This document shows, piece after piece, positions 51,864 to 64,000 of a DNA stretch of 64,000 nt. The stretch lies in contig OZ287751.1 of NCBI GenBank assembly GCA_965649765.1, positions 97,154,001 through 97,218,000 of the forward strand, written 5' to 3'. The position numbers and the translations under genes are program-made. The stretch comes from Bispira polyomma (lineage: Eukaryota). Under the pieces are notes generated by a model. It was not told the DNA's origin and ran no database searches. It saw nothing but the letters and a program-made list of their open reading frames with translations. Within the stretch, counting starts at the first letter, position 1; every line of letters begins with the position of its first letter.

Positions 51864-54800
51864 AAACAAGACCTAGCACATCGGAGAACCAATGCATATT
51901 TTAACCACCAGAAGTGTAGGCACCCTAGGTAGCAAACACCTTCGGTGGCAAGCACCCAAGCTAGGAGCCTATGATTTCTTATAGGGCATTTATGCTAAAG
52001 CCTTGAATCGCACAGGTGGGTTCCACTTTCGAAACATGTGGGACCAATAGTGTGAGATAGGCACATTATAGTTTAACCTATCCGTTTGACCTTGGACGAT
52101 AGATGCAAGGTCAAATCTGACCACAGCAAAAGATTACCAGCCCTTGATTTCCTATAGGTTAGTTTCACATCCCGAACCTGTATGACCAATAATAAGCGAG
52201 ATATAGGTACTTTTAAGTTTGATCAAGACCGACCTTGAATCAAGGGGGAAAAGGTCAAATCGGATCACATCAAAAGATTTCCTACAGGTTGGTTTCATTT
52301 TCTAAACCTGTAGGACCAATAATAAACCAGATATAGGCACTTTAAGGTTTGGCCATTTGCATTTGACCTTGAAGAAGGGGCTCAAATTCAAATATAAGTA
52401 CATGAAAAAATTCCCAGCCCATGATTTTCTCTAGGTTGGTTTGGCAGTCCAAACCTTTCGGACCAATAATAAGTGAGATATAGGTACTTTTAAGTTTGGT
52501 CTTCTGCATTTGACCTTGAAGGTCAAATCAGACCACATCAAAAGATTCCAAGCCTATGATTTCCTATAGGTTGGTTCACATCCAAAACCGGATAGGGCCA
52601 AGGTCAAATCTGAGCATAATAAAAAATTCCCTGCTTATGATTTCCAAAAGGTTGGTTTCAGATCCAAAATCTGTAGGACCAATATTAAGCGAGATATAGG
52701 CACTTTTAAGTTTTGCCATCCACATTTGACCTCAAACGAGGGGCTAAAGATCAAACCGGACCACATAAAAAGATACCCAGACCTTGATTTTCTATAGTTT
52801 TGTTTCAGATCCTGAACCTCCAGGACCAATATTAAGCGAGATATAGGCACTAGGGGAAGTTTGGCCAAAATCGTTCACTTGGGGTACTTTGGCACTCTGT
52901 CGATGACCTTGAATAGGGAGATTCAAGGTTAAATATCTGCATGCTTATAAAAGACATATATATCCATTAAATATATCACCCGTAAAGAGATTAAACCTTC
53001 CATATCTGAGAAACAGACATAGTTAAAGTTTGATTCCTTTTTTTCGGACAAAATTAAGAGAATTAGGGATACTTTTATTGTCTGGAACTAAAATTGATGT
53101 TCATCCTCTTTCTGTTCCCCCAGAAATTACTGCCTTTGCCAGAGTCTCTGAAGATGATGTTAGTAAAATAATAAGTAACTCGCCTACTAAATCCTGCATG
53201 TTGCATCCATGGCCAACATCTCTTATTAAAGAATGTAGTGATATATTACTACCATCCATTACAAAATTTGTAAACTGCTCACTTACGGAGGGACATGTAC
53301 CTGATGGTTTTAAAACAGCTGTGGTTACTCCTCTTATTAAGAAGGCTTCTCTTCCAGTTGATGACCTGAAAAATTATCGCCCTGTATCTGGTCTTAGTTT
53401 CATATCTAAACTGGTTGAACGCATGGTTGCTAGGCAACTGTTAGATCACATCTTTGTCCACGACTTGGACAATCCATACCAGTCTGCATATAAAACTGGT
53501 CATTCGACTGAGACAGCTCTTCTGTCTATAAAAAATGAAGTTCACTTATCTTTGTCAAGAGGGGAACCTACTGCCCTGGTATTGCTCGACCTCTCTGCTG
53601 CCTTTGACACCATTGATCATTCCACGCTTCTCAGTTGTCTTCAGACTTGGTTTGGAGTTATGGGCTCTGTTCTTAAATGGTTCACTTCCTACTTAACTGA
53701 TCGTTATCAGTCGCTAAAAATTGGCTCTACTCTGTCCAATCTTTGTAAACTCTTGTTTGATGTCCCTCAAGGTTCTGTTTTGGGCCCTCTGTTGTTCTCA
53801 TTATACACTGCTCCTCTCAGATTGGTTATTGGCAAATACACAGGAATAAAGTTTCATTTTTATGCAGATGATACCCAAATTTATGTGCACCTATCCCATA
53901 AAAACACATCTACTGCCTTTGAACAGTTGAATAGGTGTCTTGATGATGTGAAAGAGTGGATGTCAACTGGTAAACTCAAACTTAATCCCGACAAGACTGA
54001 GTTCATAATCTTTGGCTCAAAACAACAGAGGAATAAGTTGAAAGCATTGTTTCCAGTTGACATCCTGGGTAGCCCCTTCAGTCCAGCTGATTCTGTCAAG
54101 AACCTGGGTGTATGGTTTGACTCTGACTTTTCTTTCTCTAAACACGTTCAGAGTGTCTGCAAAAGCTGTTTTATGCAACTCCGTGACTTTAGACGTGTCA
54201 GACGGTTTCTCACTTATGATGCTTCTATACTTGTGGCCAATGCTTTTGTCAGTAGTAGACTGGATTACTGCAATTCACTTTTCAGGAGTCTCTCAAAGTT
54301 TAATTTACACAAATTACAATGCATTCAAAATAGTGCAGCTAGAATTGTGTCAAACACCAGTCGATATACTAGTATAACTCCTGTTCTTAAGAAATTGCAT
54401 TGGCTCCCTGTTGGACAGCGTTCAGTGTTTAAGACAGCTACACTTGTTTATAAATTTCTCCACACTGGGTTTCCAAAGTACTTTGCCCCATATCTTTCCA
54501 CTTACAGTAGTTCCTACAATACCAGACGTAGTCAGAGTGGTAGTAATTTCCTTGTTGTTCCGAAGTTCCACCCATCTACTCAAAGGTCGGTAAAACAGTT
54601 TGGTCACAGCTTTGCTTTTGATGCTCCCATTGTTTGGAATGGTCTTCCTGATGTGATTCGTGCTTCCCCCTCACTAGCCTGTTTTAGAAAGAAGCTTAAA
54701 ACCCACTTGTACACTAAAGCATATCCACCTTAGTCTCAATCATCCCCCGGTACGCTCTATGTTGCTGACCCATTTTCTGTCCCTTGATTTTGGAAATTGG

Positions 54801-55120
54801 ATAACTGTCTTTTGTGCTGGTGCGCCTTAGAGTCTCCTTTGTTAAGGGGAGATTAAGCGCAATAAAAGTCTAATTACAATTACAATTACAATTAAAAGCC
54901 TGATTATTTTTAAAGAAACGCCTGTGGCAGCCATCTTGTTTGTCAAATTGTCAATTACTTCCAGGCAAAATTTTGTAATGAAGAACATTTCTTGTAAATC
55001 TCAGGTGTAAACGTTTTCCCAGGAGAGAGGTAATGGTAAAATCTCTACACACACTGACGCCGTGGCGGCGGTGACGGCGGCGGCGTAATGATAACTAATC
55101 CATAGTATCCACCGGAGTTT
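51864..55120. mobile_element. HINE/Helentron-like element with an internal ~147-bp tandem array, interrupted by an L2
   Basis: Starts AAACAAGA. Array at about 51965-52865 (gaccaat anchor at 52042, 52184, 52314, 52461, 52677, 52824). After the L2 come gccatcttg, a GGC/GACG microsatellite (55055-55086) and a partial terminal hairpin module. Confidence 0.6.
53085..54893 (+). mobile_element. 5'-truncated young L2-clade LINE with uninterrupted RT ORF and (ATTACA)n tail
   Basis: ORF 53030..54733 is open through NYRPVS, LDLSAAFDTIDH, VPQGSVLGP, YADDTQ, HWLP, AYPP*. 3'UTR stem-loop, tail at about 54872-54893. No endonuclease domain. Confidence 0.95.
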
Positions 55121-55674
55121 TCCAAAATCACAATTTATTCTCAAATCACTTTTGATAATTTTAAATAATATTAGTAGATGTGAAGATTTTCCTGTTGATA
55201 TTCAACTAGATAGGCTGGACAAAGTGTTCTAAAACTAATAACAAAAGTTGTATATAAATGGTAGTAGCTTAAACTCATTTAACAATGGTCTGATATGTTA
55301 AAATATTAGTTCAGTAACGAAAATGAGAGAATTTCTGGAAATGTTTTAGATTTGTGTTATATGACAGATTCAAAATGCTCCATGTTTACTTTGTCTGAGA
55401 TAAATAAATTGATATTGTGTGTCTGTACCTAATGGTAATAAAAAAATGTTTTTGTCTGAATATGTTTTGTTCTGTTTAAATTGAATAGTGTGTTTGTGGA
55501 TATTTTTTTCTGTTTTAATGATACCCTGTGTATGGCAATTGTTATTGTTGTACCAGGTTTCATGAATACGAGAATACAGAGTTATTATCATGATCTAGAT
55601 TTCTTCAAGTTGAGTGCATTGTTGGTAGTCAACATCAATTTCTGGAGGTTGTGCTGTTCACTATGTCCTGTTTA

Positions 55675-58600
55675 AGTGGCTGTTTCACATTGCCGAGTTG
55701 GTACCTGATCATCCTGATTTTGAGGTCTTTGTATAGTCCGAGGGACCAAAAATGTATTGGTGAATATGTTTGATCGTATTGTCAATACTTTCTGTCTGAT
55801 AGGTCTTATTGCACTCCAGGCCTGTCCTAACATTGGCCTGTTCGAGCCTACTGCGATTTTCTCTTACTTTGGTAGGACAGAACATGCCAGTGCTAGCTTA
55901 TTGATATGACGATCTGTCGTCTTGTGCTGCAATCAAACTTATTGTCAGCCTGTTAGAACTTCAGCATGTTTTTTACCGAGACTGAACTGGCCAAAGTAAG
56001 ATCTTCCAGGGGAGCTTAGCAATCGAACGGGGGAATCATATGATCAACTTATAGCCATTAGATCTGACATATTTACTCCAGACCAATAGGATTGAATTGG
56101 CGCATGTCAGGGGGTTTTGGGTATAAAAACATCCTGGCAGGACTTATTGTATTTGGAGATCACTGGCTACAGATACATGTTGTGATTTTATTGGCGAGGC
56201 TTTTTATTTTTTTTAATATTACATGATTTTGAGTTTAGAGACTATTTTACAGTTAGGTTTTTTTATCATACACTACTTTTACTATGCTTAGAGGAAAAAG
56301 AGTGAAGTATAAGATGATGGAGATAGAGAAGTAGAGGCTGAGGACTTCAGAAATCGAGGTGGGAATTTCTTTGTAAGATTAATAGGTCCAAAGGAAGAAG
56401 AGGGATGACAGGGCTAGCCCAGCACCTAGTGAGAGAGAGATAGAACAGAGTGACAGAGAGAGGTCAACAGAGTCATTCCAGTTAAGTGGGAGAGTGAAAA
56501 AGGCGGGAAAGATGGTGCACGTGATCATCACCAAAGCAGACGAGGAGTCTGTAGTTGATTTTGTTAGGTAACACGAGGCTCTGTACAACAAGCGCCACAA
56601 ACAGTTTAAGGACCGGTCAATGGAGAAGAGGCTCTGAGATGAGCTTGTAACCACCTCTCTGAAGGTTTCAGACATCAGGACTTAGTTCGAGTCTCAACAC
56701 ACCCATATCGGCAAGCTTATGATGAAGAAATCAGGCCAGACAGAAGAGAGAACTAGTTACTCAGTAATTTTTCCTGATCGGGTTCGGACATAGTCATACA
56801 TGTCAAGTCGTCGGCTTTCAAGCCCAGTGTCACGTCAACCCAGGCAGCTTCAGACTTGCCACAGAGACAGACCAAAATCCACAATCTGTGCAGGTTTTCG
56901 AGCATTGGTGGGGACAGCACTGCAGAGACCAGTCTTAGAGGTAGTCACAGACCTTCTCCACCCTGTCAGGCCTCTGCCATCAGCACCCTGCTAATGGAAC
57001 TCCTGGGACAGATGCACAGCATGATGTCCAGTTTTGTGGTTGAAGCCACAGTCCAAGAGGACAGCGTTTATTTCAGTACCTAGCTGCGGAAGCCGAGAAG
57101 TTGAATGAGGAGGATTTCTAGAAATTTAGAAACAAGACATTTTCTACATTCAGTAAGATACAGCGTGACAGAAGTCATTCGCCTAGTGCTTTCATCAGAA
57201 CCACACCCAGTTTCACACAGTCCAAGCCACCGCAGTTTTAATCTATATGCCTCAACATCAAGTTGTGTATGTGGTTACAGCCACACCGTCGACCTGCCAA
57301 GCTGCAGGCCTTACAGGCTGACCAGCAGCCGCGTCCAAAGATTCCATACTACATTCTTGATGAGACTACAGGGGCAACCAAGCAGCTGAAACTGGTTAGC
57401 CAATCACCCAGCAAACAGTTTTTAAACTCATCGTCAAATGCCTCCACATGTGATGATACAGCTCACAACACTTGGTCAATTTCCAGTTTTTTTGAAACCT
57501 TACAACACAGAGATATGGATACGAACGTATCTTGAGCCCAACACCTGGCCTGATTACATCGCTAAACAGCGATGAGCAACAACATCTTGTAACATTCAGC
57601 ATACAGACAGTCAGTGATCAGCAACAGCTTGGAATGCCCAGCCTTCAACCAGTCAGTGAACAGCCTGAACAGCTTCGAACGTGCAGCCTACAACCAACCA
57701 ATATCACATCCGCATCACATTCGCAGTCTCCTCCACCACCACCGCAGTAGCCAGTCAGCGGTCTCCTTGTGATCCTTTTTAGGCCGTCATTCGTCAAAAT
57801 TTTCGTCCGAATGTTCCAAGAACAAGTTATTTTGTTGAAATTCCCAAACAAACAGATTACAGTGTTCCCTCAAAAACAATTTGCACATACACACAGAATT
57901 TATAAATCATTGGCCCAGAATTAAAACCCCAAATAATAATCCCAAACATATTACACTGTCCCCTCAAAAATATTTCACACACAGAACTTACAAGTTATTC
58001 GCCCAGAGTTCAAACCCTAAAGTAAAAAATAAAAGACAGTCAATCTCCTGGTAACAATGTTTGTCCCTAGAAATAAAAGAGTAAAAAAATTACCAAATTG
58101 AAAGAAAACGCCTCTAATTCCTTGACAGGGTTTAAACCCATGTTCTCTGACACTCAATGGCCCATAATCTACCTATTGCTGGGGAATCTTCGGATTATAT
58201 ATTAACCGGGGCCACAGTACAAAATTTTAATGTTGGTGAAAGGCATTGGATTCGAATCTAATTCTATTAGGGGTTTCTTTCTTCAGTGTGTGATTCTAAA
58301 GTATTTTAAGTTGGGTGCGGATATATTATGTTTCCATGGTGTGGCCCAAAATATTACATGTATTGGTGTTGGGTTCAAACCTTATAAAGTGTGATTTGTG
58401 AGTTGTGATTGGGTTAGAAGATGAGGGGTATCAACAAAAAGCTTTGTATTAGTTCTTAGAATATGTTGGTGGTCCTGAAAACACCTTTTTTGGTTACAGC
58501 TTCTGCAGCACCTAAGGCTTGTGGTGGCTTCTCATCAGGCTCAGGTGGTTAGGCTTGGGTGAGAGTCAGGTCAAGCTTCATACTCTGTCATCCTTACACG

Positions 58601-60090
58601 GGACTGCCCCCTCATTTACGAAGTAGTACATCAAAGTGTCTTTTTGCTCTTTTGCCCGTCTGGATGGATTTCGGTTTCCATTGCCCACTTGATCCCAAAC
58701 AAGCTGCTCCTCAGGCTAAGGCTTATCATCTTGTGGATTTGGGTGCTCTAGTGCTGGGTTCCCACAGCAAATTCTTAAAAAGTTATGTAATAACTGAAAT
58801 AAGGTTTTGTCAACCTGGACTTCAGAGCGAATGCATTGTCCCCCAGTAGGAAGTAGTTGACATCACATTTGGATCTTTCAAATAATGGTTCATGTCTGGG
58901 CAGCCCGATAGATCCATCTTCCAACTTTTGTTTCAGTTCCAAATGGTTAAAAATTTGGCCGTCTCAGCAGGAACCACTGCAGCTAAGGTCCACCCAAATA
59001 AATCTGTAGTCACAATCAACCAGGGCAAACGGCCCATCCGAATGGAACCCCTGGTAGTTGTAAAATTCACTGCCAGCCTTTAGAGGTTTCTTGATGGCTA
59101 CATGCTTTTCCATCAATGGGGCCCAAAGCGTGAGAAGTTCCTTCTATTTCTGTATACTTCTTCAAGTTTCATCCAGTCTGCGGGTGAGGTTAAGCAGGAC
59201 AAATTTTCGGCTTCGTTTTCTTGGTTAATGGCCTTGCAAAACTCCAGGACAAAGTTGGTAATCGTCGATCTCCCCACCCTGAATTGGTACAACAAAGGAA
59301 CTGTAATTCTACCCAGTGGTCAGATGCTTCTGGGTGTTGGAGTCCCATATCCAAGGGCTTTCTGTACAAGGTTGTGTTTCTTTTGGCATGGGGTGTGGTC
59401 CCCTTCTTGATTTTCAGGAATAGATTTGGAGGCAACCTAATAAAGTTCCTGAATGTAGGTCCATCTCCAGCAATAAGGTGGTGTAATAGCCAACAGTCTC
59501 TCGTCTGCCGATCCAAGGCTTGACTCAGTGGAGGTGTGACATTTACAGACCGAACCTAAGGGGCAGGTGGTGGTCTTGGGTTCAATTCCTGTTATCTTGC
59601 TCAAGCCTGAGCCTGAGCCTGAGCCTTCTATCTTTCCTATTGCAGTATGACCCTGAGAAAGCATATTTGTAACTAAAAAGAGAAAATGACATAGTCTTCT
59701 CATACATTCTCTCTTGTTGATTGTTGGCATTGTAGTTAATTTTAAGGGCTCAAAGGGGTATATATAGGTTCAGATAGTGTGCGCATAGCACTCTCGACCT
59801 TGATTATTAGAGGTTCGATCCTGATTGATGGTGGTATAAATCCGTCAGATCCTATAGCCAATCAGTTGGATCCAAATCAGTTCGGTGAGATTTGGGCACG
59901 TTCGGATTCAAAGTTGCACAACTTTCAAGGTCGATCAGGATCGGTGTCCAATCAAAATGGGATGCAATCAGTTTTATGTAGAAGTTTGCCCCACATTTTC
60001 ATTCCCCCCCAAAAAAAAAATTAAAATAAATTGATTTTTTCTTAAAAACAGGCCCATTTAGCCGATCCTTCGTGATAGTATAGCAGCCCC
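55675..60090. mobile_element. PIF/Harbinger DNA transposon remnant 2 (convergent MADF and transposase genes)
   Basis: Plus-strand MADF remnant at about 56515-56740 (VVDFVR*HEALYNKRHKQFKD...FESQHTHIGKL). Minus-strand transposase at about 58800-59530 (FRNFIRLPP, YQFRVGRSTI, DGKH, FYNY, ALVDCDYRFIWVD, DGQIFN). Weak possible TIRs gtggctgtttcac / gtatagcagcccc. Confidence 0.82.
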
Positions 60091-60875
60091 TTCAAGAGTG
60101 TAAATATTTAACATATATTTATTAGAAACACACATATTGCAAGTTGTGCTGTGTTTTCTATTAACATGTGAAAGCCTTTTATCTGATATGTAATTATTTT
60201 AAATTGGACATTGCAGTATTGGTGACAAACGCATTAGCTATCAGCTGTCCTAATTACTTTAACTATTTGTTTTATAACATTACGAAGGTTCATTTAGTAA
60301 AGATTCAAAGAATGTTGTTTTGCTCATCACCTACACCAACTAATTAAGTGTCTCATAGTATATAACTGGAATTTACTAGTTAGCAATAGAGCAACACATA
60401 TGCATAAAGTCATTAATCTTAATCAACAACATTATGTTTTTTTCCTATTTTAGTTTTTGGTTTCCATTCTGAAAACTAAATATTTAACCTTGGCTACTAA
60501 AGCCAGCAACATTTTTATGAAAATAGCAAATATTATTCTTTCAACAGTCCATATCTTGGGTAAAAAAATATGTGATATCCTCTCTTTAAACTCCTATTGC
60601 TTAAAACAGATGTTTATTTTTGAAGAATATCCTGTCTGCTTCTGGGCCATATTATTGAATGACGTTGTTCAATAAATTAGTCAGTTAAAGTTTACATTGG
60701 TACATCATATTCAGTTACTTTAAAATATATATTACCTTTATTCATCAAAATTATGATATAAAATTATATTAACATAAAATTGTGTTGCCTTACCTATATT
60801 TATATTTATAATGTGTATTTAAAAATTCGAAAGGACTTTAAACAATACTTAAAATACAGTTTGTTACTGTCACCT

Positions 60876-60980
60876 TAGGTTTCAGCAGTCGAATCAGGTG
60901 TTTCTTTAAATTATTAGTCCTCTTTTTCGGCTCAGACCACAAATTTTAAAGTAACACCTGATGCTCGGCTAATCTCCTAC
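60876..60980. mobile_element. Small inverted-repeat (MITE-like) element
   Basis: atcaggtgtttctttaaa pairs with tttaaagtaacacctgat; weaker pairing extends to tagg/ccta. Confidence 0.55.
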
Positions 60981-62089
60981 ACAGGTGGCACTTTACATCA
61001 TATCACATTTAAAAATAAATTACAGGTCTCCTCCCATTAGTCTCCTTCCTAGCTGCTCAGGCATCACAACGAACACATCTGGCATTCAAAAAGCCATAGA
61101 AAGTATATGATACTATGTTTATGTTATTTGTGGCCTACTGCTGTTTTGCACAGGTTAGCTTATCACACTTTCCTTTCTAACTTTGCTCTCATTTTTGAAA
61201 ATTTAAGTGGTAAATAACGTTTTCTTATCGTCTGCAGTCTGGCAGTACATTACACATGATCACGCCCTCTCCTCACAGGTTGCCTGTGCTTTCCAACATT
61301 TACTGTCCCTGTACCACCTAGTTGGGCTTTGGGGTTAGCTCTTTTATATTAACTTTACATTGATGGCCACCTTACCTTCATACGTTTTAAGGTAATCTGC
61401 TTGTTTTATCATATACTCTCCTCTTAAGGTGACCTTAGCTTTAGTGTACTATTAGTGTAACCTTAACTTGTAGAATTATACTTAGTTTAAGTTTGTCTTA
61501 ACTGAATGTTATACTTAAGGTTAACAGTAAGTTAATAATATAATGTGATATACTAAAGTCAAGCGTAAATTTAATTAAGTAACCTGAAACTCACTAGGTT
61601 ACCCTTAGCCACCATAGCAGTGTCAGTGCTGTCCCTAGTTTTAAAAAAAAAATATTCTGGTTCTACTGGCCTACATAGGTTATCAGTTAGCTCCGTGGTC
61701 AACTCATTAAATATTTGCTGCCAAATTTTTATTATCCCCTATTCTGTGATTAAGTTTTAAGAGGCAGGATGCCATTTTATACATAATTATTTTCCCTCCA
61801 CCATCCCCAATCTTCCACGCTTTTAGCCTACCTGGACATTGTCCTGCAGCATGCTTTAGTGGGAGTGGCCCATGATCTCTCACTTTACACACTTGATGCA
61901 AGGGGGTGAGGGGGTGGAATGCAGCTTTGAACGGCAAGTAACATGACTTAATTGTAGTCCTGCACTTTGGATTTCCCTTGGGGCCATCATGGGTCCCTCT
62001 CTCCTGTCTCAACAGCTTACTGGGTATCACCAAGCCCCCCCTATGGGAGCACTCTTAATTACAGCTGCCTGATGAAATTCAAATAATTA

Positions 62090-62650
62090 AAATGAACATA
62101 AGAGCATTCAAAACTCTTGCAATATGGCTGTTAGAAAACCCTTTTTTCACAAACTTGAAGAATCAGAAAAAAATGCTTAATATATGGAACTCGCGGTCTC
62201 TATCATTAAAAGAAAAAGTATATATTCTCCAAACAATAATTGTTCCTAAATTTGTACCTTTATGCAGAAATTGATATACCCCTGTTAACATACTCGAAAA
62301 TATCCATAAACTATTTTTGAACTTTCTATGGAATGGAAAATCTGCAAAATAAAAAGAAGTACAATCAAAAATAACTATGATAAAGGGGGTCTAAAGATGC
62401 AGTTATTTACTGTATTCATAATGTGCAGAAAGTCTTATGGGTAAAATCACTAATAAATGAGGGCGACCAAAAATGGAATACCTTATGGCATGAGTTATTA
62501 GGCATAAATAAACCACTTCTGGATTTTAAACTTCCATTAGAAAAAGTAAAAGAAGCAAAAACTAGTTTTTACTAACAAGTATTATTGTGCTGGTCCTTAA
62601 TAAAAGTCCGAAAACCAATCATCATTAAGAATATTCTAAATGAATACATT
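62090..62650 (+). mobile_element. Tx1/L1-clade LINE ORF2 fragment
   Basis: WNSRSLSLKEKVYIL, FLWNGK, YDKGGLKM. Confidence 0.8.
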
Positions 62651-62849
62651 CAGTATTGTTGTATTGTATTGTACATTATTAATGCTTGGCATCTCTTAAG
62701 GCACAACATAAGAATCAATCAGCCAATAGCAAATTGATAAACTGTAGCCAGGTCGTAAGGATAGATGCGTCTGCATGCAGGGAGAGGACTACAGAGAATA
62801 GGCAAGCCTGACGAGATAGGCTGTTAGCCTTTTCCAAAATCCAGAAAGT

Positions 62850-64000
62850 GTTTCAAGCATTCTAAGTTCAACTGTAAGGCAGTTCCACAAAGGCTCGAGA
62901 TGCGACCCTATTGGTGTTATTTTTTAGAGTAAACAGAGAGTCTCTTTCACTTTTAAGGCTGCTGAAGGAGAGTTTTGTAGCAAGGTAGTGAGGCTGTTCA
63001 GAGACAACAGCTTTAAAGGTAGTGACGTGAATTGGAAGCCAATTGAGTTGCTTGAGGTATGGAGTGACATCAGTTCGGATACTCAAATGAAAAATGACTC
63101 AACATAGATAGTTTTGAATGAACTGCAACCTGTTTATTTGAGACTTATTAGCTCCAAAAAAGGAGAATCGAAATAGTTAAGGCTACTCACAAGAGGTTGA
63201 CCACAGTAATAGCAGTATCTAGTGACAGATAATTTCGGATTCTTTTGAGGTGAGAAATGAGAAAAGCAGGGTCAATAGTGACACCTAGGTTTTTGACCTG
63301 TTCTGAAGGTGTAATTTCATTGCCCAGTAGTGTGATTGGGAAAAGTTATCTTAAGTATACACTGTGTTTCCTGTGGCCAATAGATAAATTCTTAAGGTAA
63401 AGAGTAGAGGGCCAAGAACCTACCCTTGGGGTACTCCAAAAGGTAGATCAAAAGAGGATGAAACAGGGATGCCCAATTTGATTTTTGGGGTTCTAAGAGC
63501 AAAGGTACGATTTTATCCAGTCAAGGACAGTACCATAAAGACCAAACCACTGTTTTAGGGTGTCAAAGAGCAAGCCATGGTCGATGGTATCAAAAGCTGC
63601 ACAGGGATCAAGAAGGGTGAGGGCTATAGTTTTATAGTTTACGATCCAAGGCACGGTTAATGTCATCACTGATTGAAAGTAGGGTACTCACCGTGGAGTA
63701 AAATTTTCTGTAGGCAGATTGGTGGGAGTTCCCTAGGTTATGTTTATTAAGGTGGTCATAGATTTCTTTAGCAACAGCTTTCTCAATGAGTTTAGATACA
63801 AAGTTGAGGTTAGAGACGGGTCTATAGTTTTTAGCCCATTTTTGTCAAGGCCTGGTACTTTTAGCAAGAGGCTGACATATGCGGTTTTGAAACAAGAAGG
63901 AAATATACCATCTCTAAGCGATAAATTTATGATGTTGATGATAGGAGTTATGAGAATCTCAAGGCATTCTGTGATAACAGCGGCAGGGATCGGGTCCAGT
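62850..64000 (-). mobile_element. Degraded L2-clade LINE RT region, runs off the window edge
   Basis: YRPVSNLNFVSKLIEK, QSAYRK, AAFDTIDH, GVPQG, VKNLGV, VTPYLKQLNWLPI. Confidence 0.85.

Noticed and set aside
58120-58385. tRNA-like GGTTC(G/A)AA motifs
   Set aside because: No cloverleaf or correctly spaced A box; they lie inside the Harbinger spacer.
61690-62070. Possible SINE core (GC-richer block)
   Set aside because: No Pol III boxes, tail or second copy could be identified from the sequence alone.

Overview
This is AT-rich, intron-containing eukaryotic DNA, most likely from a marine invertebrate such as a lophotrochozoan (an inference from the transposon spectrum). Most of the window is nested, decayed mobile elements: Tx1/L1 and L2-clade LINEs, two PIF/Harbinger elements (transposase plus MADF protein), an Ngaro/DIRS-type tyrosine-recombinase retrotransposon, a BEL/Pao LTR element, two solo LTRs with target-site duplications, HINE/Helentron-like elements and minisatellites. 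Host genes were rebuilt by splicing small ORFs together. (1) An apparently intact two-exon GT32 (DXD) glycosyltransferase resembling fungal SUR1/CSH1, complement(join(6783..6981,7424..8118)). (2) A three-exon SLC52 riboflavin-transporter gene spread over about 23 kb, complement(join(16659..16856,24245..24453,38862..39708)); it is probably a pseudogene (in-frame TAG, TT in place of the GT donor). (3) The last exon of a second, tandem SLC52 paralog at 42794..42991, inside a duplicated block. No rRNA, tRNA or CRISPR array was found. I see no convincing evidence of a wholly new biological system. The most interesting items are the hidden SLC52 tandem array, the SUR1-like GT32 gene, a tandemly amplified splice acceptor and several well-resolved insertion/repair junctions.
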